NCBI RefSeq assembly: GCF_007748075.1 | Contig: NZ_CP036280.1 | Coordinates: 420,001 to 452,000 of the forward strand | Direction: 5' to 3' | DNA length: 32,000 nucleotides | Source: Mucisphaera calidilacus | GTDB lineage: Bacteria > Planctomycetota > Phycisphaerae > Phycisphaerales > Phycisphaeraceae | Shown: positions 16,660 to 24,709 of the stretch, one piece after another | Layout: every line of letters starts with the position of its first letter | How positions within the stretch are numbered: the first letter of the stretch is position 1 | The notes under the pieces: generated by a model | What the model saw: the letters and a program-made list of their open reading frames with translations, nothing else | Told to the model about the DNA's origin: nothing | Databases searched by the model: none | Position numbers and translations under genes: made by a program

Positions 16660-18213
16660 ATGGCATCAAAACACCGAAAGATCTTATTAGCCGAGGATAA
16701 CGCCGATCACCAGCAGGTGCTGCTGCGGGCATTGACCCGTGATCGCGACTATATCCAGATGACCGTCGTCTCGAACGGTCAACAGCTACTAGCCGCCGCT
16801 CAACAAGAGGCCTTCGACTGCATCCTGATCGACTTCAACCTCGATCAGTGCTCCGCACCCGACGTAATCCCGCGACTCAACCAGCTCCAGGACCGCGTGC
16901 CCAAGATCGTGCTCTCGGCCAGCGATGATCAGCGTATCGTCGTCGAATCGATGCGCTGCGGCGTTAGCGACTTCCTGAACAAGGTCGAGGCGATCGAGCC
17001 CGGCGTGCTCTGGAGACGCGTCGAGAAGGCGATCGACGAAGCCGAACACCAGCAACGCGAACGACGAAAGGCCAACAGACGCCTCAGGATGCTCCGCAAG
17101 GAAGCCGAACTCGACGCCCTGACCGGACTCTACAACCGCAGGTTTACCGAGCGCTTCCTCAGCAAGGACCGACGCGGACAGGACCGCAGGGCCAACGCCT
17201 GCGTCGTGATGATCGACCTCGATAACTTCAAGACCATCAACGACACACTCGGTCACGACGCGGGCGACTCCGCCATCAGGCAGGCGGCTCGGATCATCAG
17301 AGAGCACACCCAGCCCAACGATATCGCCGCTCGTTGGGGCGGCGAAGAGTTCCTCGTCATCCGCTACGCACCCAGCCTCACCGATTCGTGGATCTGGGCC
17401 GACGAGCTGAGGCGAAAGATCAAGGACAAGATCGTCCTGCCGGCCCCCGCCAACGGGCTGACCGCGAGCATCGGCGTCGACTTCATCCCGACCTCCGACC
17501 TCTGCGAAGAAACCATCTCACGCGCCGACCGTGCGATGTATCACGCCAAAGACCACGGCCGTGACCGCGTCTCCACCTGGGCTATGGCCGTGACCGCATC
17601 CGAGGCCATGACCATCCAGTCGTACCCCAACCAGACCCCCAGGTCGCGCCTGCTCATGCTCCGCGACCGACTCCACGACTCACTCGGCGAGACCCAACTC
17701 GATCACACCGGGCTCCACGGACACCGTGTTCGGCAGATGGTCGAACGCATCGCGAGCCCCTTGATCACCGATCCCGCGATCGCCGAGGACCTCGCCCTCG
17801 CCGCCGAGTTCCACGACATCGGCAAGCTGGGCATCCCCGAAGAGCTTCTCGCCCTGCCGCGAGGCCTCACCGATGGCGAGCGAAGACTGATCAACGAGCA
17901 CGGCCGCTTCGGGAGCGAACTGCTCGAGATCTGTGGCGCATCCGAACGCGCCGTCCGGGCCGTCGCACGCCATCACGAATCATTCGTAGACGCCGTCACC
18001 ACCAGCATCAGCACGAACCGCTCCCCGTCGCTGGGCGGCATCATCGGCGTCTGCGACGCGGTGGTCACCATGCTCAGCGGACGCCCCTACGCGCAGGCCA
18101 AGACGCCCGTCGAGGTCATCACCGAACTCAAGGAACACCGCGGCGAGCAGTTCGACCCCATCATCGTCGACGCGATACGACTCTTTAACCACCAGATGCC
18201 GCTGGCGGCCTAG
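16660..18213 (+). CDS. Response regulator with REC-GGDEF-HD(GYP-type) architecture (diguanylate cyclase / c-di-GMP phosphodiesterase hybrid)
   Basis: REC reads KILLAEDNADH...CILIDFNL...IVLSASDD...FLNKV. GGDEF reads DALTGLYNRR...VVMIDLDNFKTINDTLGHDAGD...ARWGGEEFLV (GGEEF at 17338-17352). The HD domain reads HGHRVRQMV...AAEFHDIGKLGIPEELL (HD at 17812-17817)...NEHGRFG...ARHHESF...GRPYAQAKT. Confidence 0.95.
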   Translation: MASKHRKILLAEDNADHQQVLLRALTRDRDYIQMTVVSNGQQLLAAAQQEAFDCILIDFNLDQCSAPDVIPRLNQLQDRVPKIVLSASDDQRIVVESMRCGVSDFLNKVEAIEPGVLWRRVEKAIDEAEHQQRERRKANRRLRMLRKEAELDALTGLYNRRFTERFLSKDRRGQDRRANACVVMIDLDNFKTINDTLGHDAGDSAIRQAARIIREHTQPNDIAARWGGEEFLVIRYAPSLTDSWIWADELRRKIKDKIVLPAPANGLTASIGVDFIPTSDLCEETISRADRAMYHAKDHGRDRVSTWAMAVTASEAMTIQSYPNQTPRSRLLMLRDRLHDSLGETQLDHTGLHGHRVRQMVERIASPLITDPAIAEDLALAAEFHDIGKLGIPEELLALPRGLTDGERRLINEHGRFGSELLEICGASERAVRAVARHHESFVDAVTTSISTNRSPSLGGIIGVCDAVVTMLSGRPYAQAKTPVEVITELKEHRGEQFDPIIVDAIRLFNHQMPLAA

Positions 18214-18252
18214 CCACGGCGAACACAACCCTCCATCAACAGGAGCTACGCC

Positions 18253-18594
18253 ATGCACACAACAAACCAACGACAGAGTCAGCGCACCCGACCTTCGGCC
18301 CGATCCTCACGCTGCACCGTGAGAGGCAAGGGGCGCGAAGTCAAAGCCGTCATCACCGACTTCTCCGACACCGGGCTGGGCGTCCGGCTCCAACCCGAGA
18401 AGGCTCTGCACGTGGGCGACATCATTCAGGTCGCAGCACGCCCGCGAGACCTGCCCACCAAGGCACGCATCGTAAGGATCCACACGACGGCGCAGGACGA
18501 CCCACGACAGGCCATCATCGGATGCTCGTGGGCAAGCTCGAATGATCGACGTCAGCGACGTATGCACGGGCGGATGCGCCCCTGCCACGCCTGA
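18253..18594 (+). CDS. Small stand-alone PilZ domain protein (putative c-di-GMP receptor)
   Basis: RTRPSAR contains RxxxR, and DFSDTG (DxSxxG) follows about 17 aa downstream, the canonical PilZ spacing. The protein is 113 aa. AGGAG lies 7 nt upstream of the ATG. Confidence 0.8.
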   Translation: MHTTNQRQSQRTRPSARSSRCTVRGKGREVKAVITDFSDTGLGVRLQPEKALHVGDIIQVAARPRDLPTKARIVRIHTTAQDDPRQAIIGCSWASSNDRRQRRMHGRMRPCHA

Positions 18595-18634
18595 AGAACA
18601 CCATCAATCCCGCACACAACAGAGAGGAACCACC

Positions 18635-19009
18635 ATGAAAGACTATCTCCAGGATACGCGTCGCAGCACGCGGAAACGCAAGTCGTCCGCACTCTTCTGG
18701 AAGACGGCCGGCAGCAGCCGTGACTTCGACATGGCCTGGTTGCTCGAAGCCTCCGAAGTGGGCTGCGCCTTTGCCTGGCGAGGCGACGACCCGCCCAAAC
18801 GCGGGGAAAGGCTCCAGCTTCGTGTCGACTGTCTGGGCACCATCGACCAGCCGTCCGAAGCCATCGTCCGACGCGCCACCACCGTCCACGACGACCTGAC
18901 CGTGGTGAGCGTGGAGTTCCACAAGCACCTGCCCACAGCGCTGGCCAGTGTGAGGACCGATATCCGCATCGAGGCAACAAGCCCCGAAAAAGTCAGGCTA
19001 GCTGCCTAA
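18635..19009 (+). CDS. Small PilZ-like protein with a variant second motif
   Basis: I prefer the ATG at 18635 (MKDYLQDTRRSTRKR...), preceded by GAGAGGA. RRSTR supplies RxxxR, and EASEVG sits where D/NxSxxG is expected. The 18542 start in the ORF track would overlap the preceding gene. Confidence 0.6.
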   Translation: MKDYLQDTRRSTRKRKSSALFWKTAGSSRDFDMAWLLEASEVGCAFAWRGDDPPKRGERLQLRVDCLGTIDQPSEAIVRRATTVHDDLTVVSVEFHKHLPTALASVRTDIRIEATSPEKVRLAA

Positions 19010-19107
19010 ATCTCTGAATCAACCAATTCGCGTAGGTCAACTCGCGACACGGACGCTTTGTTGCCGATGACGTAACGGTCGTTGCTTAGGGGCAATGGAG
19101 CAGCGTG

Positions 19108-21102
19108 ATGAACCGCATCGCAACCCAGAACAGCGAGCCGTGCAGGCTACGCATGGCGCAGTACGAAGAAGACTGGATCGCCGCCGATCAGCACGCCTGC
19201 GATGCTCTGCTGCGCCTCGCACATCGACACTTCAAAGCACCCGCTGCTCTGATGATCGATTCCGGGCAGGGCGGTCAGAATCTGGCAGCCAGTGAAGGCA
19301 TCGATCTCAGCAATCCGGAACGCGAACGCGCCTTCTGTGAGTTGATGTCCCAGGCCGCCGAACTCACGGTGATCCCCGACGCCACGCAGGATCCGCGAAC
19401 CGCCTCCAACCCGCTCGTCGCCGCAGACCCCGGGGTCCGCTTCTACACCGGCATCAGTCTCCGACTCGATCACCCTCCAACCACTGGAACGCTCTGCATC
19501 CTCGACACACGGACCCGGCCATGGACCGACGACGACGAAGCCGCACTCGCCGACTTCGCAGGGCTGGCCGCCGAACACATCAACCGGATTCGTGAGGCCG
19601 AACGCCTGCACGATCAGAGCAGCAACCTCCGCGCGATCATCGACACCGTCCCGACGCGTATCTACCTCAAAGACCTAAACAACACGATCATCGACCTGAA
19701 TATCGCGGCCGCAACAGATCTCAAACACGATCGATCCGAAATCATCGGTCGCAACGTCAGGGAACTCTTCGCCGCCTCCGAAGAGCCCTCGGCTCTCACC
19801 GACGACCAATACGTACTCAATAGCGGCCAACCTCAGGTTGGCCTTGAAGAAGTCCGCGATGGAGGCCGGGGCGAAACGCAGATCATCCGTACCGACAAGT
19901 ACCCCATCCTGAACGAAGACGGACGCGTGCACCGCGTCGTGGTCCTGGCCACCGACGTTACCGATCAACGCGACATCGAACGCGAGCTGATGGAAACATC
20001 GCAGCGGCTCCAGCTCTCTATGCGTGGGGCCTGCCAGGGTGCCTGGGACCTCAACCTCGAGGACAACTCCGTTGTTTTCAACGACACCTGGTACACGATG
20101 CTCGGCTACGAGCCCGAAGAACTGCCGATGGCCTTCGAGACCTGGGAAAAACTCTCCCACCCCGAGGACCTCGCAGAGGCCGTCAGCAGGCTCAAGGCCC
20201 ACTGCGAGGGCAACACCGAGTACTACGACGCGTCCCTGCGGATGAAAACCAAACCAGGCGACTGGAAGTGGATCCGCACCACCGGACAGGTCGTCCGATG
20301 CGACCTCTCAGGCAAACCCACACGCGTCTCCGGCATGCACCTCGACGTCGATATCGCCAAGCGCGCCGAGCTTGAACTCGCCGAGAAAAACCAGCAGCTC
20401 GAACTGATCAACGCCGACCTCGAACGCTTCGTCTACTCCGCCTCCCACGACCTCAAATCACCCATCGTCACGATCCTCGGCTACTGCGGCTACATGCTCG
20501 AAGACATCGCAGACGGCCGGTACGACGAGGTTACCCGAGAGATCGAACGCGTCAGGCGTGCCGCGACGCGCATGAGAAACCATATCGACGACCTCCTCGC
20601 CGTCAGCCGAATCGGTGTCGACAGCGCGATTCTCGAGAAAGTCTCCGTCGCGCAGGTCCTCAACGAGGTCCTCACCGATCACGAGAGCCAGCTCGCCGAG
20701 GCCGGCATGACGCTCAAGTCCTACATCGAGGACGAGTTCATCCTCTGCAGCGAGATCCACATCCGGCAGGTCATGGAAAACCTGCTCTCCAACGCCATCC
20801 GGCACGGCCGGACAGGCAAGGACGATCAGATCACCTGCTGGATCGAGTCCACGCCCGATGAAGCGATCATCTGTGTGGAGGACCGCGGGCCGGGCGTCGA
20901 TCCGAAGCACGCGGAACGTATCTTCGGACTCTTCCAGAAACTCACCAACGACGGATCCAGCTCAGGCGTCGGCCTCTCCATCGTGCGCCGCGTCGCCGAG
21001 ATCTACGGCGGACGCGCCTGGGTCGAGCCAGGGCAGGAGGGCGGTGCTCGCTTCCGTGTCTCCTTCCCAAAGCAGCGCACAGACGCCCGTGATCAGGAGT
21101 GA
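19108..21102 (+). CDS. Soluble sensor histidine kinase: GAF - PAS - PAS/PAC - HisKA - HATPase_c
   Basis: No TM segment is present. GAF reads ...IPDATQDPRTASNPLVAADPGVRFYTGISL...GTLCILDTRTRPWTDDDEAAL. PAS1 starts at LRAIIDTVPTRIYLKD. PAS2 reads GAWDLNLEDNSVVFNDTWYTMLGYEPEEL...GDWKWIRTTGQVV. The H-box is FVYSASHDLKSPIVTILGY (His codon 20446-20448). The N, G1 and G2 boxes are NLLSNAIRHG, VEDRGPGVD and GSSSGVGLSIV. GGAG lies 7 nt upstream of the ATG at 19108; a GTG at 19105 is an alternative start. Confidence 0.95.
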   Translation: MNRIATQNSEPCRLRMAQYEEDWIAADQHACDALLRLAHRHFKAPAALMIDSGQGGQNLAASEGIDLSNPERERAFCELMSQAAELTVIPDATQDPRTASNPLVAADPGVRFYTGISLRLDHPPTTGTLCILDTRTRPWTDDDEAALADFAGLAAEHINRIREAERLHDQSSNLRAIIDTVPTRIYLKDLNNTIIDLNIAAATDLKHDRSEIIGRNVRELFAASEEPSALTDDQYVLNSGQPQVGLEEVRDGGRGETQIIRTDKYPILNEDGRVHRVVVLATDVTDQRDIERELMETSQRLQLSMRGACQGAWDLNLEDNSVVFNDTWYTMLGYEPEELPMAFETWEKLSHPEDLAEAVSRLKAHCEGNTEYYDASLRMKTKPGDWKWIRTTGQVVRCDLSGKPTRVSGMHLDVDIAKRAELELAEKNQQLELINADLERFVYSASHDLKSPIVTILGYCGYMLEDIADGRYDEVTREIERVRRAATRMRNHIDDLLAVSRIGVDSAILEKVSVAQVLNEVLTDHESQLAEAGMTLKSYIEDEFILCSEIHIRQVMENLLSNAIRHGRTGKDDQITCWIESTPDEAIICVEDRGPGVDPKHAERIFGLFQKLTNDGSSSGVGLSIVRRVAEIYGGRAWVEPGQEGGARFRVSFPKQRTDARDQE

Positions 21103-21105
21103 TGC

Positions 21106-21543
21106 ATGGACCGACACACGCAGCCGGTCCACTTCCTTCTCGTCGAGGACGATGAAGACCACGCCGACCTCATCGCCCGCGCCATGCGCGACAACCGCCT
21201 TTTCAACAAGATCACGCTCGTAACCGATGGGCAGGCCGCCATCGACTTCCTCCACCATAAACCACCCTACGAGGAGGCCGAACGCCCCGACATCATTCTT
21301 CTTGATATCCAGCTACCCATCCTCAGCGGCCACGAGGTCCTTGAGGCTATCAAGAGCGACCCCGACACCGCCACCATCCCGGTCGTCATCCTCTCAACCT
21401 CCGACAACGAGACCGACAGGCAGCAGGCTTATAAGTCCGGAGCCAACAGCTACCTCGTCAAACCTCTCGACTTCCAGAGCTTTCACCACCTCGTGAAACA
21501 CCTCAACCTCTACTGGGGCATCCTGAACCAGCCTCCGCGTTAA
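21106..21543 (+). CDS. Stand-alone CheY-like response regulator (REC only, Rcp1-like pattern)
   Basis: FLLVEDDEDHADL...PDIILLDIQLPILSGHEVLEAIKSD...IPVVILSTSDNETD...GANSYLVKP...LYWG. The start lies 3 nt after the kinase stop, with AGGAG upstream. Confidence 0.93.
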   Translation: MDRHTQPVHFLLVEDDEDHADLIARAMRDNRLFNKITLVTDGQAAIDFLHHKPPYEEAERPDIILLDIQLPILSGHEVLEAIKSDPDTATIPVVILSTSDNETDRQQAYKSGANSYLVKPLDFQSFHHLVKHLNLYWGILNQPPR

Positions 21544-21566
21544 AACAGGCAAAATCAGCCGCTGTG

Positions 21567-22937
21567 ATGGGGCTGAGCATGCGCGTGAATCAACACGACA
21601 CGCTAAACTTGTCGAGTCGACAGCACAGTTGTTCTGAGTCCGCACAGATGTTCAAGCACCCCCTCCTTAAAGATGACGGCGCACAGACCGACCGGCAGAC
21701 GCCTGTCGTCTGGAACACCCCCGAATCCGCCGCGGTCCTCCCCGATCAACCCGACCCCAGGCTGGCAGGTGCGCCAGCCCACGTCGGCCAGCTCTTCGCG
21801 ACCGCACTCGACGACATCCGCAGCAACTTCATCCAGATCGATGGCCAGAGCTATTTCGGCGCCGGCAAACTCTTCGGGCCCGTTGTCTACACCCGCGATA
21901 TCGCCTTTTCCGGGCTGCTCGGGCTCAACCGCCTCTATCCCCGGCTCATGGACGCCAGCCTCCGCTACACCCGCGAAGTCCGACGCAACATCGGCTGGAA
22001 AGTCCCTCGAAACAACGACCTCAGCCCACTCGGGCTCCCCGCCGAGACACTCGACTGCGACGAGACCGCCTTCATGAGGCGATTCCTGACCAACTCCTTC
22101 GCACGCCGAACCGACGACATCGTCTGGATCTGGGCCACACACGACCTCTACACGGCAAACCCCGACCTGGCCGACTGGGACTGGCTGCTCAACACCGGCG
22201 AGGAGTTCTTCAAGACCTTCTACCAACACCTTCACGACCGCAGCACCGGTCTCTATCGCGGACAGGCCAGCTTCATCGATATCCATTACAGCACCGACAA
22301 CCCCTCATCCGGCTACCCCCTCGACTGGCCTGTTCTCGACTGCATCAATATCTTCGCAGCCAGCACCAACGCCCTCTACGCCAAAGCCGCCGGGGCGCTC
22401 AGCGACGCCGCCACTAGACTCGGTAAGACCCAGGCCGCTCGGGCCTGGCTCGAGTGTTCTCAGCAGCTCGCCGCCAGCATCCGTGACCAGCTCATCCACG
22501 ATGACGGACGCGTCGCCTACTTCCTCCGACCCGACGGCACACGCGAGTCACGAACCGAGGCCCTCGGCGCCTCACTCTGCGTCCTCCTCGACGTCTTCGC
22601 CAGCGACAACGACGCCCGCCAGACACTCGACACGCTCGCGTGGAACGAGCACGGCCTCCCGCTTATTCAGCCGCCATGGGACAACGATCACTTCTACCAC
22701 AACCACGCCTCCTGGCCCTTCGTCGAAGCCTTCTACTGCAGAGCCGCCAGCAAGCTCGGGGACGCCGACGCCATCGACCGGGGCATCGCGCAGCTCATGA
22801 CCAGCTGCACCGACAACGGCACCTTCCACGAGGTCACCGACGTGCGCACCGGCGAACGCACCGGCTCCACCCGCCAGCTCTGGACAGCCTCCGCCTTCGC
22901 TGGCCTCTGCCTCGACCGCTACCCCCCACCCGAATGA
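21567..22937 (+). CDS. Putative cytoplasmic six-hairpin (alpha/alpha)6-barrel glycoside hydrolase; family not assigned
   Basis: No signal peptide. The pattern is typical of GH15/GH63/GDE-type barrels: ...VVYTRDIAFSGLLGLNRLYP...DDIVWIWATHDLY...GLYRGQASFID...STNALYAKAAGALSDAATRLG...HASWPFVEAFYCRAASKLGD...GTFHEVTDVRTGE...RQLWTASAFAG. The start is uncertain (GTG 21564, ATG 21567, 21579 or 21648). Confidence 0.6.
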   Translation: MGLSMRVNQHDTLNLSSRQHSCSESAQMFKHPLLKDDGAQTDRQTPVVWNTPESAAVLPDQPDPRLAGAPAHVGQLFATALDDIRSNFIQIDGQSYFGAGKLFGPVVYTRDIAFSGLLGLNRLYPRLMDASLRYTREVRRNIGWKVPRNNDLSPLGLPAETLDCDETAFMRRFLTNSFARRTDDIVWIWATHDLYTANPDLADWDWLLNTGEEFFKTFYQHLHDRSTGLYRGQASFIDIHYSTDNPSSGYPLDWPVLDCINIFAASTNALYAKAAGALSDAATRLGKTQAARAWLECSQQLAASIRDQLIHDDGRVAYFLRPDGTRESRTEALGASLCVLLDVFASDNDARQTLDTLAWNEHGLPLIQPPWDNDHFYHNHASWPFVEAFYCRAASKLGDADAIDRGIAQLMTSCTDNGTFHEVTDVRTGERTGSTRQLWTASAFAGLCLDRYPPPE

Positions 22938-23084
22938 ACGGCTGCAACCATCGCGGGAACGGTGTTCACCCAAGAGGCCGCCTGCCTGCCTGTAGGCACA
23001 GGCAATCTGTGATGGTCCGCCACACGCGTATCGACTACGATGATCACGCATACTCCCGCATCACACTCATTCAAGGATCACGAC

Positions 23085-24680
23085 ATGCCTACGCGTTCCA
23101 TCCACGTCCTGCTCATCGTCCTGGGCCTCTTCGCTCTGTCCGGCTGCACGTCCCAGTCCGCTGTCGAGAACGAAATCGATGTCGAGATCGGAACCGGTGC
23201 GCCCATGAACCCCGGTGTCTTCGCCGCCAACAACACCGTCTGCACACCCGCCAACCTGCCCGCCAGTGAATCCTTCCGCGAACTCGTCAAAGCCCTTGGC
23301 GTCACCGCCATGCGCTATCCCGGCGGCAGCACCGCTTCCTTCTTTGACTGGGAAACCGCACACTTCATCCCCGAACCCGAGATCACACGCATCTGGCGCC
23401 GGGAAACCAACTGGGTTGTTCAGAATCTCACCGAACCTGTATCCCGCATGCCCGTCGGGACCCTCTCACCCATGAACTTCGCCAACTTCACCCTGGCCAC
23501 CGGCATGACCGCACAGTGGGTGCCCAACGTCACGACACGGGCCGACAAGGTCGTGGGCATGTTCGAGCACCTCAAGCAGAATGGCGTTGACGTCAAGTAC
23601 GTCGAGATGGACAACGAAGCCTATTTCTGGAGCAACGAGTTCGGCATCGACGCCGCCTCGGGACGACGCTACGCCGACCGTGTCGCCGAGATCGCACCTC
23701 AGATCCGCGAGCTCTACCCCGACGTCCAGATCGGCATGGTCACACGCGAAGACGATCTCTTCGTCGCTCATCACTCCAAAGAGAAAGAAAAGACGGGCGA
23801 CGCACGCTTCGAGCACTGGAACGAGCACGTTCTCGCCGACCGCATGCTCGAACACTTCGATGCCATCATCCTCCACCACTACGTGATGCAGCGGAGCCGA
23901 CTCGACCCCTACGACAACGACACCGACCGCGCCGCCGCCTTCCTCGCTTTCCCGCAGGTCACGCTCGAGCGCGGTGCCGGGCTCATCCATGAACGCTACG
24001 GCGACATCCCCATGTGGATCACCGAGTACAACGTCATCGCCTACCACACGCCACGCGCCGGCAACAGCCCCTCCGACCAGTGGATGAACGCCACCAAGTA
24101 CTCCGCATGGAGCGCCCTCTACCAGGCCTCCTACTGGCTCACCGGTCTCTCCCGACCCGACGCCATCGGCATCCTCAACCACCACAGCATCAACAACATC
24201 GATATCGGCTGGGGCCTTGGTATCAACATATCCACCGAAGAAGTCGACCTCACCAGCTCCGGACAGCTCTTCGCTCACCTCGCCCACCTCGCCAAGGCAC
24301 ACGACACCATGCACCCCCTTCACTTCGAGAACGGGCCTGAGCTCGGCATCGCGATCGAAGACATCGAGACCGTCCCGGCCCTCTACGGCGCCGCCATGCA
24401 GTCCGAAGCCAAACAGACCCTCGTCATCATGAACCGAGGCAGCCAGAACCTCACCGTCGAAATCGATGCCGAGAGCAAGACCGCCGACGTGACCACCTAT
24501 CGCGCAGAGCAGCAGGTCGAGAAGTCGGTTCGCGTCCAGATCAACCACCCCGAACGAGCCTTCTGGGAACAGGGCCCCATGACCCCCGAACGCAACACCC
24601 TCAAGGCCGGCTTTATGCAGGACGACCTCAACGTCGATCTTCCCGCATGGTCACTCACCATCATCGAGATCGACCGCTGA
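23085..24680 (+). CDS. Lipoprotein, clan GH-A (TIM-barrel) glycoside hydrolase (GH51/GH79/GH39-like)
   Basis: I prefer the ATG at 23085, with AAGGA upstream. The signal peptide and lipobox read MPTRSIHVLLIVLGLFALSG/C. MRYPGGSTASFFDWE is the N-terminal strand motif. VEMDNEAYFW is the candidate acid/base NE, and PMWITEYNV is the candidate nucleophile TE-YN. Confidence 0.75.
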   Translation: MPTRSIHVLLIVLGLFALSGCTSQSAVENEIDVEIGTGAPMNPGVFAANNTVCTPANLPASESFRELVKALGVTAMRYPGGSTASFFDWETAHFIPEPEITRIWRRETNWVVQNLTEPVSRMPVGTLSPMNFANFTLATGMTAQWVPNVTTRADKVVGMFEHLKQNGVDVKYVEMDNEAYFWSNEFGIDAASGRRYADRVAEIAPQIRELYPDVQIGMVTREDDLFVAHHSKEKEKTGDARFEHWNEHVLADRMLEHFDAIILHHYVMQRSRLDPYDNDTDRAAAFLAFPQVTLERGAGLIHERYGDIPMWITEYNVIAYHTPRAGNSPSDQWMNATKYSAWSALYQASYWLTGLSRPDAIGILNHHSINNIDIGWGLGINISTEEVDLTSSGQLFAHLAHLAKAHDTMHPLHFENGPELGIAIEDIETVPALYGAAMQSEAKQTLVIMNRGSQNLTVEIDAESKTADVTTYRAEQQVEKSVRVQINHPERAFWEQGPMTPERNTLKAGFMQDDLNVDLPAWSLTIIEIDR

Positions 24681-24709
24681 CAGCAGCGATCGGCATCACC
24701 CGCTCCGGT

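Noticed and set aside
18542-18634. Longer start for the second PilZ-like ORF.
   Set aside because: It would overlap the end of the first PilZ gene by 53 nt in another frame. The ATG at 18635 has a GAGAGGA ribosome-binding site.
19108-21543. Considered a phytochrome-type photoreceptor, because of the GAF domain plus an Rcp1-like stand-alone REC.
   Set aside because: There is only a single N-terminal GAF, followed by ordinary PAS domains. I could not see a PAS-GAF-PHY tridomain or a recognisable bilin-binding Cys context. I treat it as a generic GAF-PAS kinase.
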